Shown here: positions 15,975-31,231 of the stretch, piece after piece | Position numbering within the stretch: the stretch's first letter is position 1 | How the letters are laid out: every line of letters begins with the position of its first letter | Origin: the human T2T-CHM13v2.0 reference genome, Homo sapiens | Length of the DNA stretch: 64,000 bases | Reading direction: 5' to 3' (one strand) | Assembly: GCF_009914755.1 (NCBI RefSeq) | Contig: NC_060925.1 | Notes under the pieces: generated by a model | Databases searched by the model: none | Told to the model about the DNA's origin: nothing | The model's input: only the letters and a program-made list of their open reading frames with translations | Made by a program: the position numbers and the translations under genes

Positions 15975-18900
15975 TATACTGGCCGTTTGTTAATGGCACT
16001 GGTAATATTGGCTCTTCCCCTTAGACGGCTCATGAGGCTAGCCACTCTTGAACTAAAAGAATGCACGTATAACATACAAACATAATGTCTGAATCCCCAA
16101 ACTATAGACTTTAACCCAAATTGGTGAAACACAAAGGAAAAGGAAAAGAAACTTTAAATTGTTTTTAGGCCTGCTGTTTGGATATTACAGGAACCACTGT
16201 GATTTATATTTGGCCTGAGGGTATAAAGATCTATGATTTTATTTATGGCTTGGTTAAATCTTTTCAAAACACAAGAGCCACCTATTCATAATATTAAGAA
16301 ATCAGGTGATTTAAACCTTACTACACTCTGCTAATATACTGTTCTCTTCAGTAGAAACATGTAGGAGTATGTTAGGGACAATCTCTCAATTATGAGCAAA
16401 TTTACAACTTCAATGCTGTCTTCTTAAATTACATGCCATCACTTACAATCCAAACATCATTTAAGAGTTTATAAGTTTAAAAGGAGGACAAAACAAAAAC
16501 CTTTAACAACTCATTATTATTTAAGCCAGAGTTGCACCAAGTTACCCCTTCAATTGTCTAAATAAATTCTAGACATGGCAGCCTACTGAATAAATAAAAG
16601 CAATTGATAATCCCACTCTATAGAAAAGCAAAAAAGCACAAACATAAAATCAAGAGACCACACCGAAGTAGCATCATGGAGAAGAATAAACATTTTCAGG
16701 ACAGAAAATGTTTAAGAAGAACAGCAAAAAAGAACAAAGGTAGGTATATTAAATGAGCAAGGAAGGAGTGGAACTGTTGAAAGGTGGGGTCTAAAAAGGC
16801 TGTGACCTGCTTTCTAAGTAAAGCCTAGTCCAAAAATGTCTTGTGACCAGATCAATTTCCATTCCTTCTCGAAAGATGGAAGACATAAGCAAAACACATA
16901 GAGCTATGAGGACAGAGTGGATAATGATTAGTACATAGAAAAGTTGCTACTTCGAAGGATTCAGATATTAAGTAGAGCAATTAAAGAATTTCTCCAATGA
17001 CATCAATCTCAACCAGACGGATGTTCTCAACATTTCGCCTAGCAACTCCCCCAGGCCATCCTTACAGCAGGCTTAGGGAGGGGCTACTCTCTTGGTTCCT
17101 GCTTTCAAAAAGGGTGCTGCCTCCATTTAGTGATGTTTATAAAAATGGCAGTGGTTTCCTATTTGAATGTTAATTATTGTTATGACACACAAGGTAATTT
17201 AACTTGCTTTGGTAATTTATTCACCCTTCTAATTAGATGTAGTTACTGGAAAATCTTCCAGAGTGTAGCAACAGTTCCAAAGGTGAAATGGCAGGAGGAG
17301 GGAGCTTTCCCATAGGATCGCAACTGTAAATCTGGGATGGATGTTCAATTGCCAGTCACCTGAATGAACAATGCCAGGGATCAGAGACGGTCCTTCTGGA
17401 ATCAAGCAGGTGGCACCCATCACCTTCAAGAATTTGATGATTCAAGAGGAAGGTAAAGCCCCAAAAGATGGTTGGAGCTACTCTGAAAAGATTAAAGACT
17501 GAACTTGAATGAACCAAGGAACAATACCACACAACACCATTTTAAATCTCCTAGACCGGGAGTCATTTACATACAGTTGAGAAATGCCGTAGACAGAGTA
17601 TAAGCCAAAAACACCACTGAAGTGGGAGAGGCTCCACTCGAGTTACTTGCTTTGTGGAAGTATTTTCACGCTTGCCACATCATACCTGCTCGATCAATAT
17701 TTACTGAAACAAGCAAATGAATGAATGGACAAGTGCATGCATGGCTACAGCATAAAAACAGGCACACCCACTCCATCTCTCTCATTACGGCCTCCTCAGC
17801 AAGCAGACCTTTTTTCTTAATTTGAAGGTCCCCAAAGTGAGCGAGTTTCAATCAACAGAAATTTCTTTGTCTTTAATTAAACTGAGCTGCCACTGCTTCT
17901 TCTGTGAGGTCTAAGTGCCAGCCTGTAGCCATGTTCTACGCTAGCCAGAAGGGAAAGACTGAATCATATTTGTGACCAAAAAAAAAAACCCATTAGACTC
18001 CAATCAATGCAGAGCAGGTGGCTGATGACTGCAGCGATCCCTATGAGGAGCACGGATTGATACTGCCAAATGAACACATTAACTGAAACTACCCAGGCCT
18101 TAGGGGAATGGCCAGAGGCCCCTGTAGGGAACAGTTTAAGTCAAACTTTTCCTGCTTCCATTGTAGGATGGAGGATTCAAGGGCTCAGATTATATAAACA
18201 AGTTCAAGGCCATGCAAGAATGTATACAGAAATACTCAAACCTCTAACCCCAACAGGAAGAGGAAGAGGAGGAGGAGGAGAAGTAGCCAGCAGAACAAGT
18301 GGAAGAAACAGCTTCCAGTGAGGTCACTGCACCCAAAGAAGAGGAGCAGTCAAGCTAACGAAAGCCACATGGCACTGGGCTCCAGTCCTTCCACTTCAGA
18401 GTGATATGGACCTTCGCAAAAGGCCTTTCAATTGCCCTCCAAGAAAGCGTCTTTCCCTCTGTTGTCCTCTTCACTGTAATGCACAAAATAATTTATTTTG
18501 GTGATGAGGGGTCCTGATCTCTTGACATACAGACTGAAAAAATGGGGGTTGTATGTGTGTCCTACATATAAATCTGTCAGCAAATATTGCCACCACTGAA
18601 TTCTATTTTCTCAGATTGCCCTCAATTTTGCCACTCTGAAATAATGTGCTGAATAATCTCAGCAACCAGAAATCATCATCCAGGAATGTTTCTTATGAGA
18701 CAGCTGATTTATTCGGATTCACTAGATCCCTTTTAGTAGATTTAATCCCCCTTTGGGAAATGTAATAGCAAGAAAAACATCTTTTAAAAGTGCTGGAGTG
18801 AGGCCACTTCTCCTAGAAGAAGCCAGATGGTCAGATATATATTTCTCAAAACCCATCTTAACCTTGAGTATATGAAGGGATACTACATTTCATTCCTGAT

Positions 18901-19165
18901 AAATTTTGGTTTCCATGTTGGCATTGAGCTCCAGGCTTTCTATGTGTTGATAGCGGAGATTTGGACCCTCCATCCACAGTCTCTTTCTAAGTGAAGGGGA
19001 AGATTGGTTTTTGCTGTTCCTTGTTATTCCAAAAGCTCTGGTCTGGGGCCCATGTTCACCCTGGCTCTCAGTCTGGTCAGATGCAATGTTCTTCAAAGGT
19101 GGGGACCTACTTGTTATCAGAGTAGCAGCCAAAAGAGGAAAAGGTGTGAATTAAGTACTCAGTTA

Positions 19166-19531
<366 letters not shown>

Positions 19532-19628
19532 CTATTCTATCTTATACCTTCCACTCAAGGTCATGAAGATTTGATTTTGGAGACTGATGCAAATGTTTGC
19601 CACCTGATTTTAAAACTCAGGAGGGTTA

Positions 19629-19939
<311 letters not shown>

Positions 19940-21559
19940 CAACTCAGGAGGGCAGAAGAGAATGGGTAATCACTATACCTAGTTTCCAGCAAGAGATTCC
20001 TCCCTTTAGAAACACTCCCCAGAACTGACAGAAACAGAGAAAGAGGCGTAAGGAGCCATAAAGAGATGTGACGTGCTTTAAAAGCAACAAAATATCAGGG
20101 AGGAACATACTCTACTCTAATATGTCCATCATAGGGGTTCTATTTGTTTCCTACAGATAAAGTGATCATTTAACTATGAAAATTACTATCATTCATCTCT
20201 CCACATGCATTCCCATCCTTGAGAAGTGGTAGGAACCATGCGCCTCTGGGATGTGGAAACAAGTGCTCTTGTGAACAGAGGTTTCATTCCACTGAGAGAA
20301 ATGGCCATGCAAAGCAGTGTCTCAAGAGAGCAAGGCAAATCAATGTCTCGCCTAGAGTATATTTTACAAATTTCTAATACAAATGATTGCACTGAAGGAC
20401 AAAGGTTTTCCTGTACTCTTCCTCCATCCAACCTTCAAACAGATACACTAGTCTCAGCTCTAGTGGAAGTAGGAGGCATCCTTGACATTATACTCAGCTG
20501 TGATGTAAGGAATCTGTGTACTTACAAAACTAATGCAAAGCATTTCAGGCTGTCAGCTGACATCCCTGCCACTCCCCACAGCTGAGACTATTCAGTAATG
20601 GCAGTACATCTGACATCCTGTCTGACATCTAGAGGACTCAGGAAATTCAAAGAAAATACTATAAATTCTATCATTTCATGATTCACACTTCATGCAACCA
20701 AAGATCTCCTCTACACAAAAACACAGGAAATGTCAGAATACCCCATAGGTATGTGATTTTTCTTAACTTGTATGGTTTTATTTATAAGAAATAAATTCAG
20801 TTACTGAATTATGAAACAGACATATAGGGGTCCCCTTTGGGATCTAGTCCTTAAGATGCGTTCAAGAGGATGAAGGATGTCCATCTCTGAGATATATTAG
20901 TACTTCTACAACCCGTGTGCCAAGCACCAGTGGGCTAACATATCCTCCAGATACATAGACACAACTTAAAGCAGAGAAGCCAGGTAGAGAGATTTGAAAA
21001 ATGAATTCTAACACTAGCATACTAAATTCCCAAATAAATTGTTTAATTACATTGTACCTACATTTCCCCAATGATCACGTAGAGATAATTACCTTTGCTT
21101 ATTTCACAGGGGGCATTTGTAATAATAAAAAGAATTATTTGAAATCTTCAAAGAAAGAGCACTATTTTAACCTACTTATATAAGGAACAGAAAGAGAAAA
21201 TTGAGTTAACAGTCTTAAATTCTGCCAAATTAATCTAATTTTTAAAAAGAGAGACCAAGTAAAACCTCACCACTGTTGTTCTCATCGTAACTGAAATCCA
21301 GCACATTAAAGAGAGAGAGAAAGAGATCAACTTTTAAAACTTGTAAAACTCCATCCCTGGTGGCCACAAACACTCTTATCAGTTCCCCACTGAAAACCCC
21401 TCCTCGCCATCTCCCTTCCTTCCCCTTTCTCCTATTACCTCAGCCTTCACTCCACTTAATCTTCCCATCTCTCGACTTCTCTATCACCTCTTCCTCCCTG
21501 ATAGTTATGACCTCACTCCCACTGTCACACATAGAACTGATCCAAAGGGGACCTAAGAA

Positions 21560-21710
21560 TTATTCTAACCAATCTCCCACACAGTAAAAAGGACAACTGG
21601 AGACTGAAGTGATAACGTCACAGGCTCAGGGTCAGGTAGCCACTTTCATGCAAAGCTGGGTCCTCACCTAGATATATGACTCCCAGTACAGTACTCTTTC
21701 CAGTACCCCA
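21560..21710 (-). mobile_element. MIR fragment
   Basis: aactggagactgaagtga...agggtcaggtagcc...tgactcccagtacagtactctttcca. Confidence 0.5.
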
Positions 21711-23666
21711 CACAACAGTCTACCTGGACCTGTTCACCAGCCTTATCCAAGAGATCCATTTCTGAAACAGTTAGGTGCACTTTGTTGTTCTTCCACCATA
21801 TAAAGCACTTTGAGTCACAATTAGAAAAATAAAACTGATGACAGCAATCAGATTAGAATCCTGTATCTGGAAGACACCTTTACCCATAATCCATCTTATC
21901 CAGGAAGTAAGACTCAGGAGGCCATTTCCACAATGCCTCTCCTCCCCAGACACTCATTCCTATGTTCAACATCACTTCCATTGCTCAAACCTAAATCCTT
22001 CCTAATGATGATACTGAAGCAAAATCACAATACCAGGTTTTCCAGACCCGGCTGAGAAGACACTAACTGAGCCCCTAAGTACAAATGAGCATACTTAACA
22101 TAGAGAAGACACAGTTAGCACATTGCTAAATTTCTCCACACCCTTATTTTTAGCAGATTAAATAATTGTAACCCCTTTAACTTTATCTTCTAAGTCTATT
22201 TTTGGCTTTTATCTAAGGCCCCTTTAAATTCTCCATGTTGCTTTTGGAAAGCTAGAGTCCAGAACCAAGGACAGGTAGCTAAAGTGTTTCACATAAGAGA
22301 AACTCCATCAACAAAAGTATTGCGAAGTCTGTACAAGCCCAGGGCAATCAATGAAATCTGCATGTAAACGAGGCAGTTTTCCAGACAATACTTTTCAATT
22401 AGACTAACTTACAAACTTGAGGAATAACGAGAAACTACAAAGAAAACATCAACTGCGTCTTCAAAGCATTTTCAAGCACAAACCCTAATACAGTTTACTG
22501 GATGCCATTTAATTGGGCAGCTCTAAGCATGTAGCTAAATACAAGAAGGTTGGCATAAGAGATAAAAAAGCAAACAATGTCCAAGCTACATCACTTAAAT
22601 ACTGTCAGAACAAGGTTAAGAAGAAGCAAGGTGAGAAATCAGGGAAAATGCAAATAAGAATTCCATTTCCTACAAGATAAAGAAAGATAAATAAAAATCC
22701 TGACTAGCTAGGGGAGTATGTCCAGCACCAAAAAAAAAAAGTAATTATTTCATGTGTGGTCCTGATATAAAGTCTTGAAAATAATAAGGCTGCTAAATTG
22801 CAAATATCAGGGAAGTGAAGTAGTAGCTCAAAAGATTATGAAAATTGAGATTTCCAAACTGAATTTGAAAAGGAAACAGGTAAAATGAGGTCAGGACATT
22901 ACAGATGAGAAAGAAGCTTCTACTATTTGGCTGGCTGTTTTAAATTAATAACCTGGAACATTAGCAGGTTTAAAGTCCTATAAAAATGACACGGAGGGAG
23001 AAGTAAATGCGGTAGAAACAGCAGTGTTTACACCTTCATCATAGAAAGGTATTACTAAAAGGATTTACAAGGTGGTAACAGGATACATATCAAAGTCAAA
23101 GCGCTTTAATAAATGATGAGAAAAGACATTAGGCATGGAAGTAAAGCCGAAGGGCTTGAAATAACTCCACCTATCCACGTCCCAGATTATTTTAAACCAA
23201 GTAAGCCACTCCAAGATCCACAAAAGATCAGGTTGTATTTTTCCCTAAGTGGCAGTATTCCCATGAGCACCAAAGCAGTAAAGGCAGTAGGTAGAAAAAC
23301 CAGGAGTTAAAAGAATATAAAACACTAGTCCTTTCTGGGATATTGTTACACATGCTGAAAGAATCTAAATATATATATCATGACCCAAAGAGGTCTCAGG
23401 CTTAAAATCCAAAAAGAAAGAAAAGCAAGTATATTGCCCTTTTTTCCTATTGGGAAAACCTTGTAACCACTGAAAAATTAGAACAGATAAATAGGAATGG
23501 GTCAGTATAATTAGTATCTTCTAATTATAGAAGCACCCAGATTGGCATCAAACTCACCAACTCTTGGCTGTCTTCAACAATGACCAGGCCTCCTCTGGGG
23601 AGACTACTTCTTGCCATCCTCAATCTGTACCTCAGATGTGTGACTTCTTGCTTCTAACAATATCAC

Positions 23667-24070
23667 AGATTATGGACTAAATGTTTGTGTCCTCCCAAAA
23701 TTCTTACGTTGCAGCCCTAACCCTCTGATTCTATTTGGAGAAGGGGCTTCTCAGACAGTAATTAAGGTTAAATGAGGTCATACAGGTGGGGACCTGACAC
23801 AATAGGATTAGTGTCCTCACAGGTAGAGACCAGAGAGCTCATTGACCTGCTCCCTTCCTCCCTGTGTGCTTGCATGAGGAAGGGCCATGTGAGGACTTAG
23901 CAAGGAGGCACCATCTGCAAGCCAGGAAGAGAGACCTCACCAGAAACCTAGTGGGCCAGAACCTTGTCTTAGGCTTCTAGTGTTGAGAACTGTGAGGAAT
24001 TATAAATTTCTGTTTTTTAAGCCACCCAGTCTGTGGAGTTTTGTTACAGTACCCTGAGGTGGCTCAGACA
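23667..24070 (+). mobile_element. MLT1A-like MaLR solo LTR
   Basis: tatggactaaatgtttgtgtcctcccaaaattc...aattaaggttaaatgaggtcat...gcaagccaggaagagag...taaatttctgttttttaagccacccagtctgtgg. Confidence 0.88.
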
Positions 24071-24388
24071 TACCTACCACATTGATGCTTAATAGTGACT
24101 ACCCAAACAGCAGGAATAAAAGTTTCAATTTGTTTCTTACATTTCCTAATGCAATGCTCTGTAAGGCTAGATGTTTTAGAAATGCTTTTTGAACTTAATA
24201 ATGGTTTTAAAAAGTCACAGACTTCAATAACAGCCATCATTTTCTATAAGCACTAATGGTGTTATATGCCAAGAATTTTTAAAGGCAAATAAATTTTTCT
24301 TCTTATCTAAAAAGCTGCCTGGAGAATGCTCACCCTTCCTTTACTCACTACTGAAAACTGTCAATAGCAATTCAAGTAATATAATTCC

Positions 24389-24583
24389 TTTTTTTTGGAG
24401 GCAGAGTCTTGCTCTATCCCCCAGGCTGGAGTGCAGTGGCGCGATCTCGGCTACTGCAACCTCCGCCTCCCGGGTTCAAGCGATTCTCCTGCCTCATTCT
24501 CCTGAGTAGCTGGGACTGCAGGTGCCCGCCAACACGCCCGGCTAATTTTTGTACTTTTAGTAGAGACAGGGTTTTGCCATGTT
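24389..24583 (-). mobile_element. 5'-truncated AluS
   Basis: Right arm, linker and part of the left arm in reverse complement. Confidence 0.92.
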
Positions 24584-24591
24584 AGTGATTC

Positions 24592-24901
<310 letters not shown>

Positions 24902-26258
24902 GGTAATTCCTTTTCAAGAATTACAAACACCAAAGTATCTTGTACAATGGTAATTTATGTGCACACGTATGCTAAAAATGCCAAAAAGAACTTACACAAT
25001 TTTTACATACATAACATACTTTAGTTCCTTGATTCTATGCCAATTCACCTAAATATTAACAAACTTAGGACAGTGGACCTTGGGCTTACAGAATATTAAA
25101 TTGTAGAATAACAGAATCATAAAATCATAGAATCACAGACTAGAGGTTTGTCTCGGTCAAATCTCACCATTTTTTTTAAATGAGGAAAACCAGAGCTCAG
25201 TACCTTGCTCAAAGTAACATAAATAGTTCCCTTAATTCCCAGAATTGTGGTTTTTTACTGTATTGTTAAGAAATAATTTTCTGTAAAGTAAAATAATGAT
25301 TCTCAAAATTAATAAAACACATATAAAAGATTTAACTCACTAGAAAATGAGTAAGATGCTAAGTCTGATTTTTAAAAGAATTCAAAGAAGACACAAATAC
25401 ATAAGCATCAGAAATGCCAGCAAGATGTAAAATGTGCAAAACTAGTCAATATGCATAGGAAAATAATCTATTGCATTCTCCAAACACAACTGCATTTTAT
25501 GGACAAGAACCAGGCGCTTTACTGTCTATTTTCTGCAGCACACACAATTCTAGTACAGCTCAAAGACAGTGAAAGGCAGAGCTGACCTGATGGTTGAGTA
25601 GACAAAACATGCTCTTTTTTTTTTAATCATTTCAAAGTCTTTCCTCACAGTCCCTTACCATGCACAAGTACTCTGAAACCAGAGAACAGCACGGTGGGTG
25701 AATTCAAAAAACAGAATTTAGAATTCTTGTTTAATTGCTAACTTTCTGAAAGCCCTCAGAAAAAGACCCAAGTTCATTTCATATCAGCCCCAAAACTAAG
25801 AGACAATGAAAACTTGACCTGTGAGAGTCTGGCACTGTCAATGTCCACAGCACTTCTCTCAAAATGATCCCTCTGAATACTTACAATAATCCCACCAGGG
25901 CAAAAGGTTCACAACAGCAGTTCCTCAGCCAAGTCGTGGGAAAGGCTGTATCACATTCCGGTCTTCTGCTTCCCAGTCTCACACTCTCCCCACATCACAG
26001 GCACAGTTACCTCGCAGGAGAATGTCTCTGAAGCCCCTTAGAGTCATTATGCAAGAGGTCTCACGGAACAACTTTTCGCTGTGACTGAAGAGATGAAATG
26101 TAAAATGAGGAAACACGAAAGAAGAAATGGTCTGCTACACAAACATACAAAGTAGGTGTGATGTGCTAGATAACGAGGTGATGTGCTGATGGAGCTCAAC
26201 TCTGACCCCAGTTCCACAGCTCCAGTCAAAAGATCTGCGTTTAAGAAAGGAGAAACAA

Positions 26259-26451
26259 GGTGGCTCATGCCTGTAATCCCAGCACTTTGGTGCGGTGGCG
26301 CACGCCTATATTCCCAGCTACTCGGGAGGCTGAGGCAGGAGAATGGTGTGAACCCGGAGGCAGAGCCTGCATTGAGCAGAGATCGTGCCACTGCACTCCA
26401 GCCTAGGCAACAGAGTGAGACTCTGTCTCAAAAAAAAAAAAAAGAAAAGAA
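26259..26451 (+). mobile_element. AluY-like element with a ~100-bp internal deletion
   Basis: cccagcactttgg joins directly to tgcggtggcgcacgcct; perfect 16-bp TSD aagaaaggagaaacaa (26243-26258, 26452-26467). Confidence 0.92.
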
Positions 26452-27554
26452 AAGAAAGGAGAAACAAATAGGAATGAAGAGTGGAAAAGATATCAAATAA
26501 GGACCCAAAAGCACTCTGAGAAAACAATAAGGTTCTTATGTCCTGTGTTCAGGCAAAGAAACACAAGACATAGACATGAAGAGAACAGAAAGCAAGGAAT
26601 AATGTTTAAAACTAATTTGGCACAATTTTTTTTCTTTTAAAATGCTCAAGAGGATCATTGCAGAAAACACAGTGGTAAAGCAAGCTGCTGAGGGATTTTT
26701 CAATAGCTCCACTGTGAAAAAACAAGCACATCTTAAAACTACAAGCTTTGAAACTTTTAAATTTCTTAATTAAAATATTTCTAGATTCCGTTCATTTCTA
26801 AGCAAGACTGCAGCCCTAAAGAGACCAGTAAATTTTTATTCATCTTTTTTGAAACAAACATGATTAACAAGTCATTGTTTGAATAGAAAACTATGAATTA
26901 AACAAACAAGCAAACAACCCCACAATAATGGAACCCATTCCTTGGAGATAATGACAATGCAAAGTACAAGAAACCCATTTTGAAGCATTAGTTTCATGTG
27001 AGCACTTGTTGACGGAAATATTACAAGAAGTCCCCCTAAGAACAGTTCTCTTCATTGTCGTATCAATGGTCTTGGTGGCTCACATTCCTCACGTGCACTG
27101 AGGGCCGTCTTGATAAAAAGTATCTAGTAGACCTCTTGGTGTCAAGTTGTAAAGCTCGAACTTGTTTTGGGATTTTTAAGAATGTATAATAAATATCGAT
27201 TTATTAATTTACAATAAAAAAACTAATGGGTGAAAGGACTGGACACTCAGCCTCTGACCTTCATGTTTTCTCCCTGCATAGGAAGTCAAACTACTATCAG
27301 AATGTTGTCGTGTCTGGCACTACAGCAAGAGCAATGAGTTGCACAAACCATGAAGCAAACAGACTGTTCATTCATCCAGCACGTCCTGGCCTAGAGCTAG
27401 AAATACAGCAGCGAACAGGAGCGATCAGAGTCCAGATTGGACTCTGAAAAGAGGATCTCCTTGCCCCAGGAGCTGTGCAGTATGGCCCCAGTTCTAGCTT
27501 TCTCTGGCCTAGACAATGCCTAATGGAGCCCTGCAAAGATTCACTTCACTGACT

Positions 27555-27697
27555 TTTTTAAAAATATTTTTATATAACATAAAATTTTCACTTTAACCAT
27601 TTTAAGTGTACACTTCAATGGCATTAAATTCAAAATGTTGTGTAACCATGACCACTATTTCCAAAAGATTTTTGTCATCCCAAACAGAAACTCTGAA
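27555..27697 (-). mobile_element. L1MB extreme 3' fragment
   Basis: taaccattttaagtgtacacttcaatggcattaa...gttgtgtaaccatgaccactatttcc...catcccaaacagaaactctg. Confidence 0.8.
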
Positions 27698-27810
27698 CAA
27701 GTTTGCTTTTTAAAAGTGGCACAAGTTACTAACATTTGTGGTTGACATTTTTTTTTTTAATATCTATGTTAAGAACTCGATTATAGGCCTACCCATAATA
27801 TGCTTCTTTA

Positions 27811-28116
<306 letters not shown>

Positions 28117-28155
28117 GGTCTGTATGTTTCATTAGCCATTGTGTGTGTTTATGTT

Positions 28156-28264
28156 AAAAATATGAAGTGTTTCACAAATTTGCATGTCACCCTTGTACAG
28201 GAGCCATACTAATCTTCTCTGTCTCATTCTAATTTTTTAGTATATGTGCTGCTGAAGCACGAAC
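28156..28264 (-). pseudogene. U6 snRNA retropseudogene (RNU6-P type), full length
   Basis: Reverse complement gttcgtgcttcagcagcacatatactaaaaaattagaatgagacagagaagattagtatggctcctgtacaagggtgacatgcaaatttgtgaaacacttcatattttt aligns end to end with U6, including the ACAGAGA box; degenerate A tail; 9-bp TSD tagccattg (28133-28141, 28265-28273). Confidence 0.95.
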
Positions 28265-28384
28265 TAGCCATTGGGTTTTGATTTTATAACTGTTTTCCAG
28301 AAGGCAAACTTCTAACTTCTTAAAGAGAAAGGTACCTTGTTGCCATGTCCTCCCTCCCACCCCACTACACAGAGGCGCTTTCTT

Positions 28385-28520
28385 CTACAATGCACACTAT
28401 TTCATCCAACTCTTACAAATATCTAAAGAGATGCTATCATCAGCTTTTTAGACATAAGGAAGCTGAGACTCACAGGAATGATATTTCTCAAAGCTACTCA
28501 GGAAGCAAGGGAACAACGCA
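28385..28520 (-). mobile_element. MIR fragment
   Basis: cagctttttagacataaggaagctgagactcacagg resembles the MIR core reverse complement. Confidence 0.6.
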
Positions 28521-29446
28521 AGTGTCGGTAACAGTTATTCCATATTGGAGCATGACTGACTGGATGAATATATGTTTGTTTTTGCTATACAGCTAACATT
28601 AACTGGTTCTAAGACTGAATACTGTATTAAATTTGTTATTAAAATACATACTCCTATAACAAGAAGGGACATATAAGACAAAATAGGAAAGATGAAAAGG
28701 TTTTAAAGACACAGGAGAGGCTAAAGAAGTGATTTTTAATGGATATACTCTGGGAGAAATTCTCAACTATTTCCCTACAAATGGGTGACATTAGTCACTT
28801 AGGGTGGCTGCCTTTTTTCTGAAAGCTATCAGACATCTCCATGGGCAAAATAAAGAAAGAGACCCCCTACGGTTTATTTATGTACGTATCATGGTAGCAC
28901 TCCGTGGTTTTAAGACATATTGAAACTCCATCATATGCTGCTTTTAAAGCCCAAATAACTAAAATAAAAACTCCCAGGCACAGCAACGGCAAAATACTGT
29001 CATTTGTATGTGCTTAGGAGACACGTGTCTCTAAAAGCAACATGTACATTTCTCTTTTCAAGCAAATGTTTAAAGAACTGGCACCGTAACAAACAAGGGG
29101 AAATATGGAGATCAGTTTTAAAGGCAGGATTTGTTTTTGTGGAGTCTAATTTATTTCAAGAAATCCAGATTATTAAATTCACCTCCTATCTGAGGAAGGA
29201 TCTCAAAGGAAAGGTAATACAGGCTAGTCGTCCTTAAATGCCCAAGTCCAAAAGACTAGTATTTAAGACCCAAGTTTATCACTTACTAAGTGTCAGACCT
29301 TGGCCATGTTACATAATCGCTCTCAATCTGTTTCCTCAAAATAATACTGCTTAACAAAGGATTAAGTAAAATGGTGCGTATAAAGCACCACACACAGACC
29401 GTAGCGTATACTTAAGAGTTTTATTTCAGCATTAGAAAGCATGGGA

Positions 29447-29776
<330 letters not shown>

Positions 29777-30952
29777 CTAAAGCTCACTGATTTAAATTAC
29801 TACTCAATTAGACTAAATTTTTTAAAAATCATGATTTTCTTTGTCCCCCTCCCCAACTCACACACAAAAAGCCAACACTATACTAAATAATAGAAGATAG
29901 TCGAGGTCAAGATTTTCACCTTGTTCTCCAGCTATCATTTTTTCCCTCCCGACTTCTATTTTGGATTAAGGTATTTCAGGGGCCCCAACATCAAAGTAGA
30001 ACAGAAGAAGGAAAGCAAGAGAAAATGAGAGGTAGGAACTAGAAAAGCCAGTATCAGAAAAGCATACAGCACTTCCTCACTATACTAGCAAAGCTTACCA
30101 TGCAATATTCAACAGGTAAATCCTGATGGATGGCTGACACCGGGTTCAAGACACTAGTCCACATGCTCCACATACTGAATACCCTAAGGTAGTTCAGAGA
30201 GAAACTGAGGGGAAGACGGAGAAAACGCACCTCACGGTGCATTCTGTATGTCACTGCCTTACACGCAGGAGTTTCAATGTTTTGGTACCAATTAAAGACC
30301 AACTATCAGTTCTCCATGGAAGCAGCAAAATATAAAAGTATCCTTGAAATCAGTACAGGGCCCTTCTGCGAGGGTCTGGTGATGTGGTTTTGAGATTCTT
30401 TGTTTTGGATCATTCCTCGTTTGGTGGACCCACAAATAATGGTCCTGCCTAGAACCATCACCGCAAGCTAGAGTGAAAAAATGCCAGAAGACTAGGCTGG
30501 TGGGTAAAAAAATTCAACGTTTTTCCTCATGATTAACCTTGGGTGGCCTTGACAAGTTATGTAAGGTTTTGTTTCTTCAGAAAGACACTGCATTTTTAGA
30601 ACATCTCTAGGCACAAAAATTAGTCATGTAACTGAAAGACAAGAAAATTTTAAGCATATATTATAAATAAATGTGAATATTAGGGGTGTGTATCCAAACA
30701 CATGAATAGCTCTTAAAAGAATAAGACAAAAAGATCAAACATATTTGAAATCAGAGAGATGTCTTTTGGGAACTGAACTCTTGCCATGAGCAGGAGAAAA
30801 CCAGAAAGGTCTTCATGGGTTCTGGTACCTGTTCAACCATTAATTCATGATGTGTCGCTGGAAAAAGATCACAAATGTCTTCAAGCTTCATTTTCCCTAT
30901 CTGTATCTGCCCAAGATCTCACTGGATTCTCGAAGAATCAAATATGATAACA

Positions 30953-31098
30953 CAGTCATTCCTGAAGTATGGCCACGGACCAACAGCATCAGTAAGTCAG
31001 GAACTTGTTCAAATGCAGTTGAGTCCCACCCAGTCCTAATAAATGAGAAACTTCAGCAATCGGTTATTCTGATGCACCTTGAAGTTTGAGAACCACTG
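30953..31098. mobile_element. MER5A-like hAT-Charlie MITE
   Basis: aagtatggccacggaccaacagcatcag...gaacttgttcaaatgcag...ttctgatgcaccttgaagtttgagaaccactg. Confidence 0.8.
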
Positions 31099-31231
31099 CA
31101 CAAAAACAGATACAATCTGAAACATCTGAAAACACTGGAGTGTTGTTATTACGGAAAAAATTAAGAATCATACATTGAAGATCTTAAGAACTTTCACTTA
31201 AAAGTTGGATACAGAAGAGGCTATGTGTGGC

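Noticed and set aside
17403-17416. CTCF-like motif CAAGCAGGTGGCAC
   Set aside because: Mismatch at a high-information C of the core, and no other support
18300-18550. Minus-strand acceptor cccccattttttcag near 18535
   Set aside because: No matching strong donor or recognisable coding frame downstream
25935-25942. RBPJ site CGTGGGAA
   Set aside because: A single 8-mer with no paired site, so not distinguishable from chance
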